The position numbers and the translations under genes were made by a program. A stretch of 64,000 nucleotides of DNA from the human T2T-CHM13v2.0 reference genome, Homo sapiens, in the NCBI RefSeq assembly GCF_009914755.1, contig NC_060935.1. One strand, given 5' to 3'. Positions 14,365 to 27,995 of this stretch are shown piece by piece. Below the pieces are notes generated by a model. The model made no database searches, was not told the DNA's origin, and saw only the letters and a list, made by a program, of their open reading frames with translations. Within the stretch, counting starts at the first letter, position 1; every line of letters starts with the position of its first letter.

Positions 14365-14872
14365 TGGTTTTGGCTTCTTATTAAGGAACTTAATTGAAAA
14401 TCTTAAAGGAAGATGTTCTTTAAATATGATGCTTTTAGCATCATAACTAATTTAATATGACTAAGAGGATGTTTTTAAACTGTTTTCTATAAATTTCACG
14501 TCTTTTTCCCCCTCCTTTACTAAATTTCAGAACCTTTCTTTTTAATGTAGAGATTTCATCATTTTTTTTTCATGCCATTACCAACAATGCAAGTCTCCAG
14601 GATGCCAAAGCGGTGGTGAGGAAAATAGGTTAAAGCCATTGTAGACCACGGCCATAGCTTCTCTAGCCTATGTGACCACCAATCTCTTTTCAGAAAGTGA
14701 TTATGTCGCAGTCATATAAGCTGCAAAACTCAGTAAGTGTGTTTAACTTGGAGAAACAAGTTATTAAACACCAGAGAGCTTCCAAACTAAAAATATGAAA
14801 GAAGGCCTGCTGGCTCAGAGAAAAGGCATTCAAAAGTTATTAGAAAACATGAGTTTCCAGATTATGAAATTA

Positions 14873-15183
14873 GGTGGGCATGATGGCTCCACCTATAATC
14901 TTTGGAAGGCCAAGTCAGGCCTTCTTTGAGGCCAGAAGTTCAAGACCCCCCTGGGCAACAAGATACCACCTCTACCAAAAAAAAAAAAAAAAAAAAATTA
15001 GCCAGGCATGGTGATGGGCTTCTGTAGTCGCAGCTACTCAGGAGGCTGAGGCAGGAGAATTGCTTAAGGCCAGGAATGGCTGCAATGAGCCATGATTGTA
15101 CCACCGTTCTCCAGCATGGACAACAGAGCAAGACCCCGTCTCTTAAAAACACAAACAAACAAAAAGATTAAAAAAACAAAAAC
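14873..15183 (+). mobile_element. Degenerate AluJ
   Basis: Two arms with internal deletions, a long A linker, and a gcaagaccccgtctc end. Confidence 0.8.
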
Positions 15184-16667
15184 CTAATAAATGGATTTAT
15201 CATCCCCATTGGAAAGTTATCAGTAGAGAGGGTTTACTGCTGCTACTGCTGCTTCTGCCACTACTACTGTCCATCACTATCATTGTATAATTATAATTTG
15301 TATTTCTTCCAAAAACCTTAAATAACCACTCTGAGGATTAATTTATTTTCATATTATCCCTCAATAAAAAAGAAGTTATGATATACACCAACTTTGCCAT
15401 TGGAAAAACTTAATTATAAATATGAGGCACCTAAAGAGCTGCAACACATAAGGGAAACAGAAATAACACCTAGATCTAAAAGCTTTCAGACACAGCTTTT
15501 TCTCTAAGATCATGCTTGTCCATTTTCTAAAAGTGTATTACAGTGTAAGATACAAGATTTTATTAACTCACAGCCCTGATCATCAGTTCATATATTAATA
15601 AGCCACTTACTGTAATTTTCATACCTAGTTGACATATTTGAAGGAAAGTAATAATTTGAAAGATTCCTCTGTACCTTAAAATGCACTCACAATGTTCCTG
15701 ACCACAAAACTGAGCTAAGAAAGAGAAGTGCAGTGGCTAAGCTGCTGGCTTATGTCCATATCACATTCATGACAGACACAGCCTTTCTAGGAATCACAAA
15801 GAAACATGTACGAGACATTTCAGTGTCAGATCTACAGAAAAGCTAGTTATACTGTCAAATGTTCCCCCATGTTCAGTGCTCTTTAGGATGTTACCTAAAG
15901 CCAGTTCCTCATCATCCTTTAAATCACAGATCAAAGGCCATCTCCTACTAGAAGCTTTCCCTGACATAGGTACTTCTGCTGTTATACATAACGCCATGAC
16001 AGTAATTAGCACACTGTACAGAATCACCTATATCCATACCTCTTCACTAGTACAATGCATTTTCATCTTTGAAATTATGTAATCAAGTTCTTCTCAGCCT
16101 TTTCACCATCAAGGATTCTTTTATTAATGAACCTCATGTTTTGAAAGATTGTTTTCTATCAAACTTGCCACACTTATTATTACATAATTTTCTAATTTGT
16201 ATTAATCAAAGACATATAGAACTGATGTTTAATGCTTCTGATCAGCATGGTATTATTCTTTTACATTGGTGTACGGGAAATGCAGCAATAATTTGGCTCT
16301 GGAAGTAAGTATGAAAATACAATAAATGAGCACTGACATTATATCAAAGAGATGGGGAAACAAGAGGGCCAAAAAAGCCAGTTCTAACTTATGACATACA
16401 AGCTTTGTTTGAAGTAAATAATATCCTGAAGCAAAACCCAATTGAAACATTGATTCACATCAAGTAGAAAGTTAGTATGGCTGGTAAGTTTATCTACTCC
16501 ACATACCTTTTATTGAATGAGGCAATGAATATGAAGGCACTTTAAAGGCTGACGAGTACTATAAATATAAGAGAATTAAGAGACTTTCTCATGCCATGGT
16601 TCTTGTACTGATCATATAACTATTGTCAATTTATCCTAACACCGTTATCCAGAACTGTTCTACCCAC

Positions 16668-16738
16668 TTATATGTATATATATATGTATGTATGTATGTA
16701 TATGTGTGTGTGTATATATATATATTAAATATATATAC
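16668..16738. repeat. (TA)/(TG)/(TATG) compound microsatellite
   Basis: Direct inspection. Confidence 0.9.
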
Positions 16739-17299
16739 AGTAGCTTCAAACTTAACCTTTCTAACAACCCATGGAATAAATTATATCACCATCCCCATTT
16801 TTAAAATTAGAAAATTGAGATTTGGGGAGGTTGCATTACTTTTCCAAGGTCACACAACTAGTTTAGCAAATAAAACAAAAGAAAATCTTCAAAAAATCAA
16901 AATTGAAAGTTTAATTTTGGTCTTCACACATATAGGTCTGTCATTCAAATGAAGAAGAATGTTTGCTTTCATTTTTTCTTAAAATGAAAGCAAAACAAAA
17001 CAGATTGAGATGGGTATATTTGACAAAAAGAAATCCTGGTGTTAATCATTGATATATATAACCAAAGATTATAAAATCTCCTTTTGGCAGGCTTTCAAAA
17101 TAAAGAGAACTTCTTAACTGATTAGAATGAAGAAAGGATGATCAATACTATATAGCAATGACAAATGAAATGACCTTTCAAACTCTTTTCTAGGCCTTAG
17201 AATTGTAGTTTTATCAAATTTGAGAAGTTGAACATGTAAACTCTACATTTAGTCATTACTCTATCCCAAGTCTTCCAGACCATAGATTAATTCTCCTTT

Positions 17300-17612
17300 C
17301 AAGGAAAGAAAGTTAAGAACCTATATTGCTATTTCTATTTTACATAAGAGGGAAAGAAGCAAGTTATGTAACTTCCCAAAGATTACATAGCAATTATGTA
17401 GTAAAGCTGGAATGGGAAGCCAGATCCAGATAACTGTAAGTATAGAACCACTTCAACTATAACAGATAACATGTATTAAATGTTTATTTTATACCAATCC
17501 CTCAGCTTAGTGCTTTACATTCGTTTATCTCATTTAATCCTCAAAACAACCCTATGATATAGGTATTATTATTATTATTCCCATTTTATAGATAAGGAAA
17601 CTGAGGCTTAGG
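17300..17612 (-). mobile_element. Tandem MIR fragments
   Basis: ctcatttaatcctcaaaacaaccctatgatataggtattatt…cccattttatagataaggaaactgaggcttag is a clear reverse MIR core. Confidence 0.8.
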
Positions 17613-20600
17613 GATTATACCATGGATATATTGGGAGGAGAGGAGCTGACTTCTCATACACAGAAGGTTCAATGCCCATGGACCTAGTTGGAAATTATTT
17701 TGAGAAAATAAAAATATTCCTGACCTTCAATATTCTTTCCCAAGAAAATGCAATGAACTACTCTCTCTTAGCTGAGGGCATTCTTACTCAGTTTTATCAA
17801 CAACCTGCTTAGCATCAAGACAACCACACCTAAGTTTCTCCACCTACCAACTATGAAAATCTTCAGAAGAAGAGAAAATCCTTTAAAAGTAAAGACTCGT
17901 GGCTTCAAAAATGCTCTTCAGGGTGTCTAGAACTTAGTAAGTCTTTATGTTATTCAATGACCTATTTGTAAAGTATAAAATGTAGCATTTGCAACCATGC
18001 CTGGGAATGAGTATGCTCTTTAAAAAAAAAAAAAAAATCTGTTGCATTTTCTTTTTTCTACATATGGGGCTTGTGTGGCCTTGGAAAGTGAAGCATCTTT
18101 AATTTTCTTTGTCTAATTTTAAAGAACCACTTTTCAAAGAAGCAAAGAAATTGTGCTCGGTGAAGTCAAAATCACAAACAGCATAAAGTCCCTTTTTACA
18201 TGTGAATGGATATATCAAAGATAGACAATTCGTCTCTTTAAGATGACTGGAAACAACAAATTATTGAAGGTAGCAAGGGTGACAGATCATTTCAAGGGTT
18301 ATCGTGGGAGATTTTTCTGAGAAGAAAGAGATCAAGAGAGAACCGAGAGAACATAGAATGTTTGTATACACTGTAATATGCACATCACATAGTGCACTTT
18401 GAATTTATCTTATATTTATTATGCCTATTTATACGTATCATCATTGAAGAGCATCAAATCAATATACTTAAGTAATTTGATTAAAAATAGTTAAAACACG
18501 CAAAACTCTTAAAGGATTTAATAATATCACGTTAGGCTTCTTCAATACATGGTGCTTCAATCCAGAGAAATCTTTAGAAGGCTTTATAGACCATGGGAGC
18601 TTAGTAAATAAAATACATCAATGAATTCCTCGCCACACACACCACAATAAAATGTTCGTAGAAAGAGAGCAAATACAGAAATAGAAGAGCCAGTAGATTA
18701 CAGAGCAGCAAATTGAAGTTGGTCACCAAAGATGCAAAAATTTCTAAAATATATACAGCACAGGACTACCAATTGTTAGATTTTGTATTTCACTATTTAT
18801 CCCCAAATAGTTACAGTCTAAAATATTAACTCAGTTATTGACAAATAAAATCAAACGTCCCTCTATAAATGGAAAGAGATAACTCTTTAGATAAATATAA
18901 AGATTTCCATAGTTTCAATTGATTGTTGTTCACTTGAAGTATCATGAAAGAGAATGCCACTACACATTTTCATGCCATTTAAATGAAAAGAAACATATCA
19001 GAATTTTTCTTTAAGTATTTAAAAAAGGATTTTTTTCCAATATATGTATTGTGCAAGTTTGTGAGGATTACTAAATATATTAGCATTATAAAGTAGAAAT
19101 AAGTAGGCAGTTGATTTTTAATGTGGTTTATTAGTTTATAATAGATTACAACATCTACAATTAACCTCAGAAAATAACTCACATCTTTCCTAAAAATGAA
19201 AGTTTTTTTGAGTGAATAATAAAATATGAGTGATATATTAGGGGTCTTAGAGGAGCAAGAAGAGATTCTGAATATAAACAAGCCATCATTCTGGTAAAAA
19301 GAAATACAAACAAGAAGAATAAAAATAGTTGATGCACAAAAGCCATAATGAGGGGGTAGCTCAAAAAATAACTTCTACTTTGAATGGTTTGGATGAAATA
19401 CAAATTATCCACAGAAAAGTGTGGACTGGCATAAATGTTTGTACAAAATTATAAGTGTATTTCAAGAAGTATGCAAGAGGCAACCGCCTGCATGATGCAC
19501 AAGGTCCCAGCAATGCTCTGCTTAAGTGCTAGTGCACAGAGTCCAAACCACTGCATTTTAATTACCATGCAGCTTCAGATATATTGCCTTTGATATGGAA
19601 ATGTTCTTCTTCTCTCATCTTCACATATGGTCTCATGCACAGAAATCTTTATCTGATTCATAAAAAATAAACTAGAATCCAATCTCAACACCTGACCTCA
19701 GTGCTTAGAAGTTTTTTACTAAGCATGGTATCACTATAAAAAGAATGGCTAATATTGGTGTAAAGTTGGATATTTTGAGCAAAGATATGAAGGATTTGCA
19801 GTTAGGAACTGAATCGATACTGCTTCTCTGAGGTTTTAGGGTTTCATGTTCCCTTTTTTAAGACTACCACAGATTTGAGGAAAAACAGACCAGCACTCTT
19901 TTTTGGAGCTGAGAGAGTCTGCAGTAGATTTAAATGATATTCCATTTTACACCCTCCACCCACTTTCTTCAACTGATATTTCTATCCAAACTATTACAAT
20001 GAATACTTAAAAATTGAAAAGCTCTATCAAAACCCATAATGCAAATTTTGAACTATTTCCAGTTTGTTTAAATGTCTAAACAAAATAATTAACTGAAAAG
20101 CTTTTACCCTTTTCCACAGAACAAGGAAAATAAAAACACTTTCCTGTGAATAAATAATGAATATATAATGAAAGGATGGGAGAGTTTCTGACACAACGCT
20201 CACCAAAACAATGAGTTTTCGGATCACATTTGAAAAACCTCAGGCCAAAAGGATATGCTACACATTTAAACTGGGCTTACATTAATATAAATTGCTTTTC
20301 CTACACTATATAGGAGCACTAGGTTTTTTTACTTGAATATTGAGATTCAGGGCATAATCAGTAGAAAATATACAGTCAGGATGAATACATAAACTGTTCT
20401 AATACCTTATTTTCCTTATTAGGAAAAAAAACAGAGGAGAGACATATTTCTTAAGAAGAAATCCAAACCCAAAGATAGTCCATTTCTTCCTCTAAACAGC
20501 AGTGAATGTTCATTTTTAGCAGGTTTCTATAATAAAATCTGTTATCATTAAATCTCATATACCTACATAACTTGATAATTGTGAAATAACTTGATTAATT

Positions 20601-22114
20601 TTTTAATGGTAATATGGCCTATCTAACCTCATGAGAGCAGATAATACATCCCATCTGCAAAACATCTTGCTGTAAGTTATCTGTGTTTTATCATTTCTAG
20701 TACCTGTCTGTGCCTGATATGGTATTCTCAGACACATTAGCTTGATGGAATGTTTCACTTGACTTGAAAAACATCAATTGATATATATGCATCCCTAAAC
20801 TATATTAAAACAAATAGCTCTTAGATAAACCAAAATTTTTGTTGTACTATTCTATACTTTCATAGAAAGTTGTTCGTAAATAGTGAAAAATATATGTATG
20901 TATGAATTCTCTCACTAACAAGAGAATGCTTTCAAACATGGAAAGAGATACATAACCGAACAAAACAGAAAAGCATAGAAAATATTAAAAGTAGGTGTTA
21001 AAGCCAATGTATATTATCTTTTTCAAAAGAAATTCATTTATTCCAGTACCTACTATACTAATTGAAAGAAAATTATTTAAAAGTCACTAATATCTTCAAT
21101 ATAAGATAGACATGTGTAGCAATTTCATCAGTGACCAATAACTAAATAATTCCTAAAAAAGGTCAAATAGAAACAGACATAAAATCTCAATAATGCCATC
21201 AAATTTTATCATTTTTTACAGTAATATTGTTTAGAGCATTGTAAAAGAAAGATTTGCCAGTTAGGTTAACATATTGTACATATATGTTTTTCCCTTAAAA
21301 TGAAAAATATCTGTTGTTTTCTGCTACTACTGAAAAAATGCCCAACAGACAATATAATTTTCCTACTTAATCTCATTTCTTCTAGGCATTCAGTTACCAA
21401 ATCCATTATAGAATCAGCTTAAGGTATAGGTACTTGATACTATTATATCATTTATATCATGCTCCATAATAAAGAACTCAATTTTTTGTGCATTTTAAAA
21501 AATACATATTCACCAAGAGAATGTTCCTTCTCATGACTTCCAAAACATCAAATAAAAGCAACAATAAACAGAATAAACAATAAACAAAAAGCTATCTAGT
21601 TTTGCCACTATAACTGAAGGAATATGGTGGACAAGAGAAGAGAAACGAGGTGTTGGTGATACATGAGAAAAGCAACAGAGGATGTCACTATGCCTATGGA
21701 ATTAATGCCCTGGTACTTGATATCGGGATCCTGGTTACTTACTATCTTTGGTCTTAAACTAGACCTAATAATTGTGATGCACACTTGCTTTCAAAGTTTG
21801 AAACATTTGTTTTTTGGTTGTTTGCTTTTTTTTTAAGAGGGACAATTTCTCTTGATTTATGAGGTTTTCAAAACTGTAGAAGGAAAAAAACTACATGTCA
21901 TTTGGCCTACTGCCCATGTGCTCACATATGTGTATTCAAGAAGATACTTCCAAAACTGCACGGAAGATACCTAAATCAGTCATAACTTTTCTCCTGTTAC
22001 AAGAAAGTGAAATATTTCATCGGTTCAATGAAAAGCAAATGCAACTTAATAAACCGTGTCCTCATTTCCCACCAAGAAAGGTGCACTCTTGCTGCCATAG
22101 AAAAGCTAACCCTG

Positions 22115-22454
<340 letters not shown>

Positions 22455-23429
22455 TTAGGATGTTTGCTTGTTTGTTTGTTTTGAAATAAAAAAGAGTCTT
22501 CTAGTAGGTATCAGACATATCTGAGTGGCCTAGAAACAAGGGGGGAGGAGGAAGACTGATGCAAGTGCCTAATGTTGAGTGTTGAATTCCAGAGTAACTG
22601 CACAGGGTAACAGAGGGAAAGTCATGTTCATGGCTGCAGAAATCTGGTCTCTGCCAGAAAGTGCAGGCTAAAGCAGACCTGACACTGGGATCTGGGAAGC
22701 CAGGTAGGAAGCTCAAGAAACAACAAGGTACTTACTGCTCCTAAGAACCCCAGGCTGAACCAGAGTAAGATAGGGAAAGACAGTAGATCTGCCCAGGCTT
22801 TCCCACAGTGATCACTAGCAGCCCCAAGCGGCTAGGCCTGGAGGGGGAAACCAGAAGCTGCAATCAGAGCACGGATATTAACTTCTGAGAGACCTTTGGG
22901 AGTGGGGGTGGGAGGGAGCACAGAGACAGGTAAACAATCCAACCTAGAAGCATGAAGTCCCTACCCAAGCCAGGACATACAATGCCAAGCCTGGAATGGT
23001 CTTACTGGGTTGGTGCAGAGGGCCACTAGCAGCCCTCCCCCACGAGTAGGATGTGAAGAATAGGTATGTTGCCAGATTTTCTCTGCATCTCCTTTCCCCA
23101 TTCAGTCTGCACTCTGCGCTGGTGTCCAGTACCCCTCTTACCAATAGTTGAACAGCCGAAAAATAAGAAGATAAAATAGGAAGAGAAGAAAAGAAAAGAT
23201 TAAAAAAAAATCCAAGACAAGGCTACACTGTCACATTCTTCTCTGCCACGGCCTCCCGAGGCTGCCCTGGCAGGTTCGGCCCTCCCTCGGGAATCCTGGA
23301 ACCCAGAACAGAGCTGAGCGGACCAGGTCGGCCAAGCCCGTGCCTGCGGGCCTCGGGGACGAGGTGCTGAGTGCGCAGGCTAATTATACATGTGGCATTT
23401 GGGCAGCCGACTGTCCAGTGACACCTTAC

Positions 23430-23558
23430 CTTATGAGGAAACGTCAACCCCAGCAACTGTTCAAAACAAAATGCCATTGCGGGATCAGCTTCGCCGGCCC
23501 TTGGCCGGTTCAGGGTTGCTTTTCCCACAGCCTCTCGAACTTTGTGCAAGAATGTGGC
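23430..23558 (-). other. Candidate non-coding 5' exon, 129 nt
   Basis: Acceptor ggcctccctag| and strong donor AAG|gtaagg. Contains a strong-Kozak ATG (GCAATGG) at 23477. Confidence 0.5.
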
Positions 23559-26500
23559 CTAGGGAGGCCAGCCGTGCGCGGGCGGGCCGACCAAGGTTGG
23601 GGGACAGGCAGGGCAGGACTTGCCAGGTGTCCGTCCTGTCCCTCCTCGCCATGGACCAGCTCGCCGACCTGACCACTTGACCTTTTTTATTCACCAAACC
23701 CACCTCCTAGAAATAAACTGGGCGGGGCTGTGTCTGTTCTCCTCGGGACCCGGGGAAAAACCTGGACATGTGACCAGAAAGGGCAGGAGAGAGAAGACCC
23801 TAGTGGGCGGGAGTAGAGGGGCCCTCTCTCATCTCTACTCCCCCGGGTTGCTGGCTGGGCCGTGCAGCCAGGGCCAAAGCCCGGCCGCAGGAGTACGCGG
23901 CTAGCACCGGCGCCCGGGACGCGGACGTCATCCGAGCGCCCATTGACAGTACAGCGGGAGGTCCGGAGCCCAGCCCAGTTTGCCGCAAGGACGGCTTCGG
24001 GCCACCTCTAGCCCTAAACTTCAAGCGCGGCCCTCACAGGGTCTCACACACAAAAGCAGCCCAGGACAGCCCATCTCGCTAACAGCCCAGCCCCGCCAGT
24101 TCAGTCGAAGACTTATTTTTAGTCCCCAAATAGGGGCTGCATTCAATATCTGACAATTCACACAAAACAACATTTTCAAACTTGGTCCGCCTAAGAGACC
24201 GTAAATAAAACTCAAAACAAGCTGGCGACTGCCACCTTTTATCTGCTCCGAACACACCAATTCTTTTTATCTTAAAGCTCTGCGGAGCGCCGGGGAAGCA
24301 GCCCGGCACCGAGCTAATCTGCCCTCAGCAGCCCCGGGCCGCTCCTCCCCGCATCGGAGCACAACCCCAGCAGCCTTTGCACAAGCCCTTTCCCTTCTCT
24401 GCCCGGCCCTTTAAGGGAGAAGGAAGAAAGCAGCTCCCGCGGGAGCGGCCGGGCTCGGGCTGGGTCCCGGGGCGGGTGGCAGCACCGCCCCCTGCCCTGG
24501 GCCGAGCCCGGGAGCAGCGGACCGCGGCCCCGGCTGCAGAGGAACGGCGGGTGGCGGGGCCCCGGCAGGGCGCCGAGAAGGACGGAGGGCGCCGGCTGGG
24601 CTCAGGGACGCGGGGCGGGGAAGAAACGTGCCGGCGACCGTGCGCTCGGCCGGGTGACTCCCTGGCGAAGTCCGCGCCCGGCGGGGCTGAACTACCCCTC
24701 GCCCCCGCTCCCGCCAGGTCAGGCACCACTGCCCTCGCGGCCAGGGTAAAGAGGACCACAGATCAGTCAGCCTTGGATTTCGGATGGGCTTGGAATTCGG
24801 TTTGTTTATTCCTGAAAAGATCATTAAAAAGTACTGTCCAAAAACGGGGGGAGGGGGAAGGAAGGGCGACAAGCGGAGGGAGCTGGAGGCAACTCGAGCG
24901 GTGTCCCGAAAAAGTTGCGGCGGAGCGGCGGTGGGGTGAGGGTGGGAGGAGGGAGCGCAAGCGTTTTCTAGCGACCCGGGTTTTCTTCATGAACTCCTCC
25001 GAGTAAACTTTATCCCGGCGAGAGAGCGGCGGAGATCCTCGACTCCCGCCCGCCCTCAACCAGTGTCAACCCCACAAACAGCCTAAGTTTCCAAACCGAA
25101 ATGGGGGTGGGGTGGGGGTAGCATTAAGAAGCCCAGAAGCTCAGCGGGTCCTCCCGACCTCCCGCACCCAGAGCCTGGGTGACACTGAAGCGCTCCGAAC
25201 ACTGTGGCGTCTCAGTCACACAGCGAATCAACCCAACACTTTTCAAGAAAACAAAATATTTGCTAGGAAACTTACTTTGCATTTAGTCTCTATTCTTTGG
25301 GGGATGCGGTTTAGGTCGGCTCGCAAGGGAAGCCCGTTTTGTCCAGGTTGGATATTGTCTACGTATGGATCAGCCCTTGGATGAGGGTTTATTTTAATTT
25401 ATGGCTTATGCATTCTTTTAAGGTCGATTTACATGACCTCCGGCTACAACTAAGACAGCCGAGGAGGGCACTCCAGTCGTCAGTCGGCCAAACCCACAAT
25501 TAAAACAGCCCTCCCCCTAGTCTCGGTGTGACTAGGGCTCTCCCGGGGTAGGCTGGCTGCCTGCCTTTCTCTTTCTCTCTTCTCTCTTTACTTCCCTCTT
25601 TTTTCTTTTTTTTTTTTCCTTTATATCTTTCTTTTTTTAGTATCGCGAAATAAGAGGTGGTATCAGTTTTTTAAAAGTTTCAGTGTAACTTTCTCTAAAC
25701 CCAAGCCTGCGGCGGTAACAAGAGATACAGCGCTCACAAAGCCCTCGGGATGTTGCCCTCTTGTGGGCACGGAGGGCATTACCGCCTAGCGGTCCCATCT
25801 GAACCTTCAAAGCCGACACGCATTTGCTTTCACAGAACGAGGAGGGATGACTACACACGCAGCCACAAAAGCTTCCTCTATCACACACTTGAGCGAACTT
25901 CAATGAAATACCTACCTCGAACTTCACGGAGACTTACAAATTCATTCTCTAAGCCACCTGACTTCTTTTTCACATCATTCCCAATTATATAGATTAGAAT
26001 ACCAATGCGGGGAGGCGGAGGTGGAGGAGTGAGGTGGGCCGAGAGGGCAGACAGATTTCCGGACGAATACTTAGGATGGCGATAACAGCTTTCTGTTGTC
26101 AAAGGTTGCGTTGTGTCCCTGTCCCTGCCCTTTTGCCTTAATGTCCTACGCACAGTTATCTACGGCTACAACATGTGTTTTCTCAGGGTGGATTTTTTGG
26201 AGGGGAGGTGAAGGGGAGAAAAACAGACCCCCGCCACGCAGATCTGTCACTCCGGAACAAGGCGCAACTCTCCAAGAGGGGGACGCATCCTCGGGATCAG
26301 CGCGTCCACCAGCGAGCGGCGGGCGCCCGGGCCCCTTTCTCTCCCTCCACTCCCCCTCCGCGTCGGCCCCTCGGAGCGCCCTCCTCCCGCTCCTCCTCCT
26401 CCTTTCCCCTCCCCAGCCAAGTACGCAAACCCGCCCCGGCCCGGCAGCCGCGGCTCCCGGCCACCCGCGCCCTCTCGGGGCTCCGCTCGCTCGGCTCTCG

Positions 26501-26719
26501 TCCCTCTGCCTGTCCTGCCCCAGCCCCTCGGTCCCAGCTCACAGAAACTAACCCTGGAGTGCCCGGAAGGGCAGGAGCGGAAGACGCCGGGGGACGGCGG
26601 CCCGGCCCTGGGCTCCTGCCCCCTGCCCCCTCCGGCGCCCCAACAGGTAGCTCACAGCGGGCCGCGCGCCCTGGCTCTGCCTCCCTCGCTCTCGAGATCG
26701 CTCGCTCCGTCCCGGTTAC

Positions 26720-27000
26720 CTGGGCGGGCTCCAGGATGGTACCGCGCGGGAGGGCTCCTTGTGCGCTGCGCCGCAGGAGTAAATGGCATTAAAGAAAAAG
26801 GGAAAGATACAAATAAAAAAAATTAAAAGGAAGGGGAGTCGGTGCTAGGTCAATTGTCACAGTCCGGGGAGCAAGGGAACAGAACCCCCCAGCGCCGCGG
26901 CCGGCGTAGCCCGTTAACTCAAGTCTGCGGGGGTGTCCCGCCCCGGGTGGGGGCAGCGCAGAGCGGCAGAAGTTTGCCGCCGGGGTTCCAGGAGGTGCGC
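26720..27000 (-). other. Candidate first exon of a minus-strand transcript (5' boundary approximate)
   Basis: Donor CAG|gtaacc at 26720/26719 lies at the upstream edge of the CpG island, just downstream of a long minus-strand pyrimidine tract. The TSS cannot be determined from sequence. Confidence 0.5.
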
Positions 27001-27159
27001 GCGGAGCGGGGTGACTAGGGGCTTCACCCTGGAACAAGTGAAGGCGATGGTTAGTGCTGTCAATCTTGGCAATCAGTGTGAGCGGCCATGTCGTAAGTAT
27101 TCAAAGCATTTCCCGTCGTGCAACATCAGAAAGTGAGTGGCCAGGGCATTGATCTGAGC

Positions 27160-27995
27160 GAGGGAGAGGAGGCTGGGCTCCCCTCCCAGACAACACAGGC
27201 AAGATGAGACAAGAGGCGAGGGAGGCAGCGAGCCAGGCAGAGAAGCTGGGAGGGAGGAGGGCGGGCCGGGGGAAGAAGGAGGGGAGAGCGGGAGGCAAAG
27301 GCAAGAGAGAGCCGCAAAGAGAGAGGAGGGCAGAGACATCGGCGAGACCAGAGGTTGGAACTGGGGAAAGCGCCTGGAAAGAGACGGTGAAGCAACTACT
27401 AGGGGAGAACTGGAAGGAGACAAAGAAGAGAGAAAGTCGGGGTCAGAGGAGAATGGGGACAAGTACTAGGTGGGGGAGAGGCAGGCTGAGGGGAAAACGA
27501 CCAAAAGAGCTCTATTGGGGCTAGGGCTGCTGGGAGGAGGAGTCAGGAGAAAGGCAAACTGTAGCGTGGAAAAGGTAGGCAACTCGGGGAGAAAAAAAAG
27601 GAGCAAACTGGAGAAAGTGAGGAAGTCAAATGGTAAAGGAAAATGTATGAATGGTAGCTTGTGCTTTGGAAAAGTTAGGTGACAGAAGGAGGCATGGGCT
27701 GAATGTTGAGAAGTACTAAGAGATAGAACTGGACCACAAAAGCGAGTCACGAGACAAACGGAGAAGGGGAAGGACAGGCAGGCCAGGGAGAAGACAAGAA
27801 GGGTGGATATTAGGATGAACAATAAGAAGGATGAAGGAAAACGAAAAAAAGAAGTAGTCAAAAGAGAGAAAAGAAAGAGATGAAGGAAGCAGAGATGATG
27901 AAAACACACCACTTAGTAGGATCTCAGCAAATGGGGGAAGAGAAACATTTTAAACGATGGAGGAGGAGGCGTTGAAAAAAAAAAAAGAAAAAGCA
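27160..27995 (+). repeat. Purine-rich (GA) low-complexity tract, about 830 bp
   Basis: Strong A/G bias on the plus strand (gagagagg, gaaggaaa, aaaagaaagagatg…). Confidence 0.85.

Larger units (their letters stand above)
23240..27360. promoter_or_regulatory. SOX6: Large CpG island / promoter region (probably SOX6 distal promoter)
   Basis: Abrupt GC and CpG enrichment with GC boxes, a CCAAT at 26002 and a minus-strand first-exon-type donor at 26720. The island itself is certain. The gene name rests on my recollection of the SOX6 upstream island layout. Confidence 0.7.

Noticed and set aside
25421-25439. Inverted nuclear-receptor half-sites AGGTCG-N7-TGACCT
   Set aside because: The 7-bp spacing is non-standard and one half-site is imperfect.
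24325-26792. Long ORFs of 140-209 aa in the CpG island (e.g. 24377-25006, 26175-26792)
   Set aside because: They are Pro/Arg/Ala/Gly-rich, overlap on both strands, often use non-ATG starts and show no recognisable domain. This is expected from stop-codon scarcity in GC-rich DNA.
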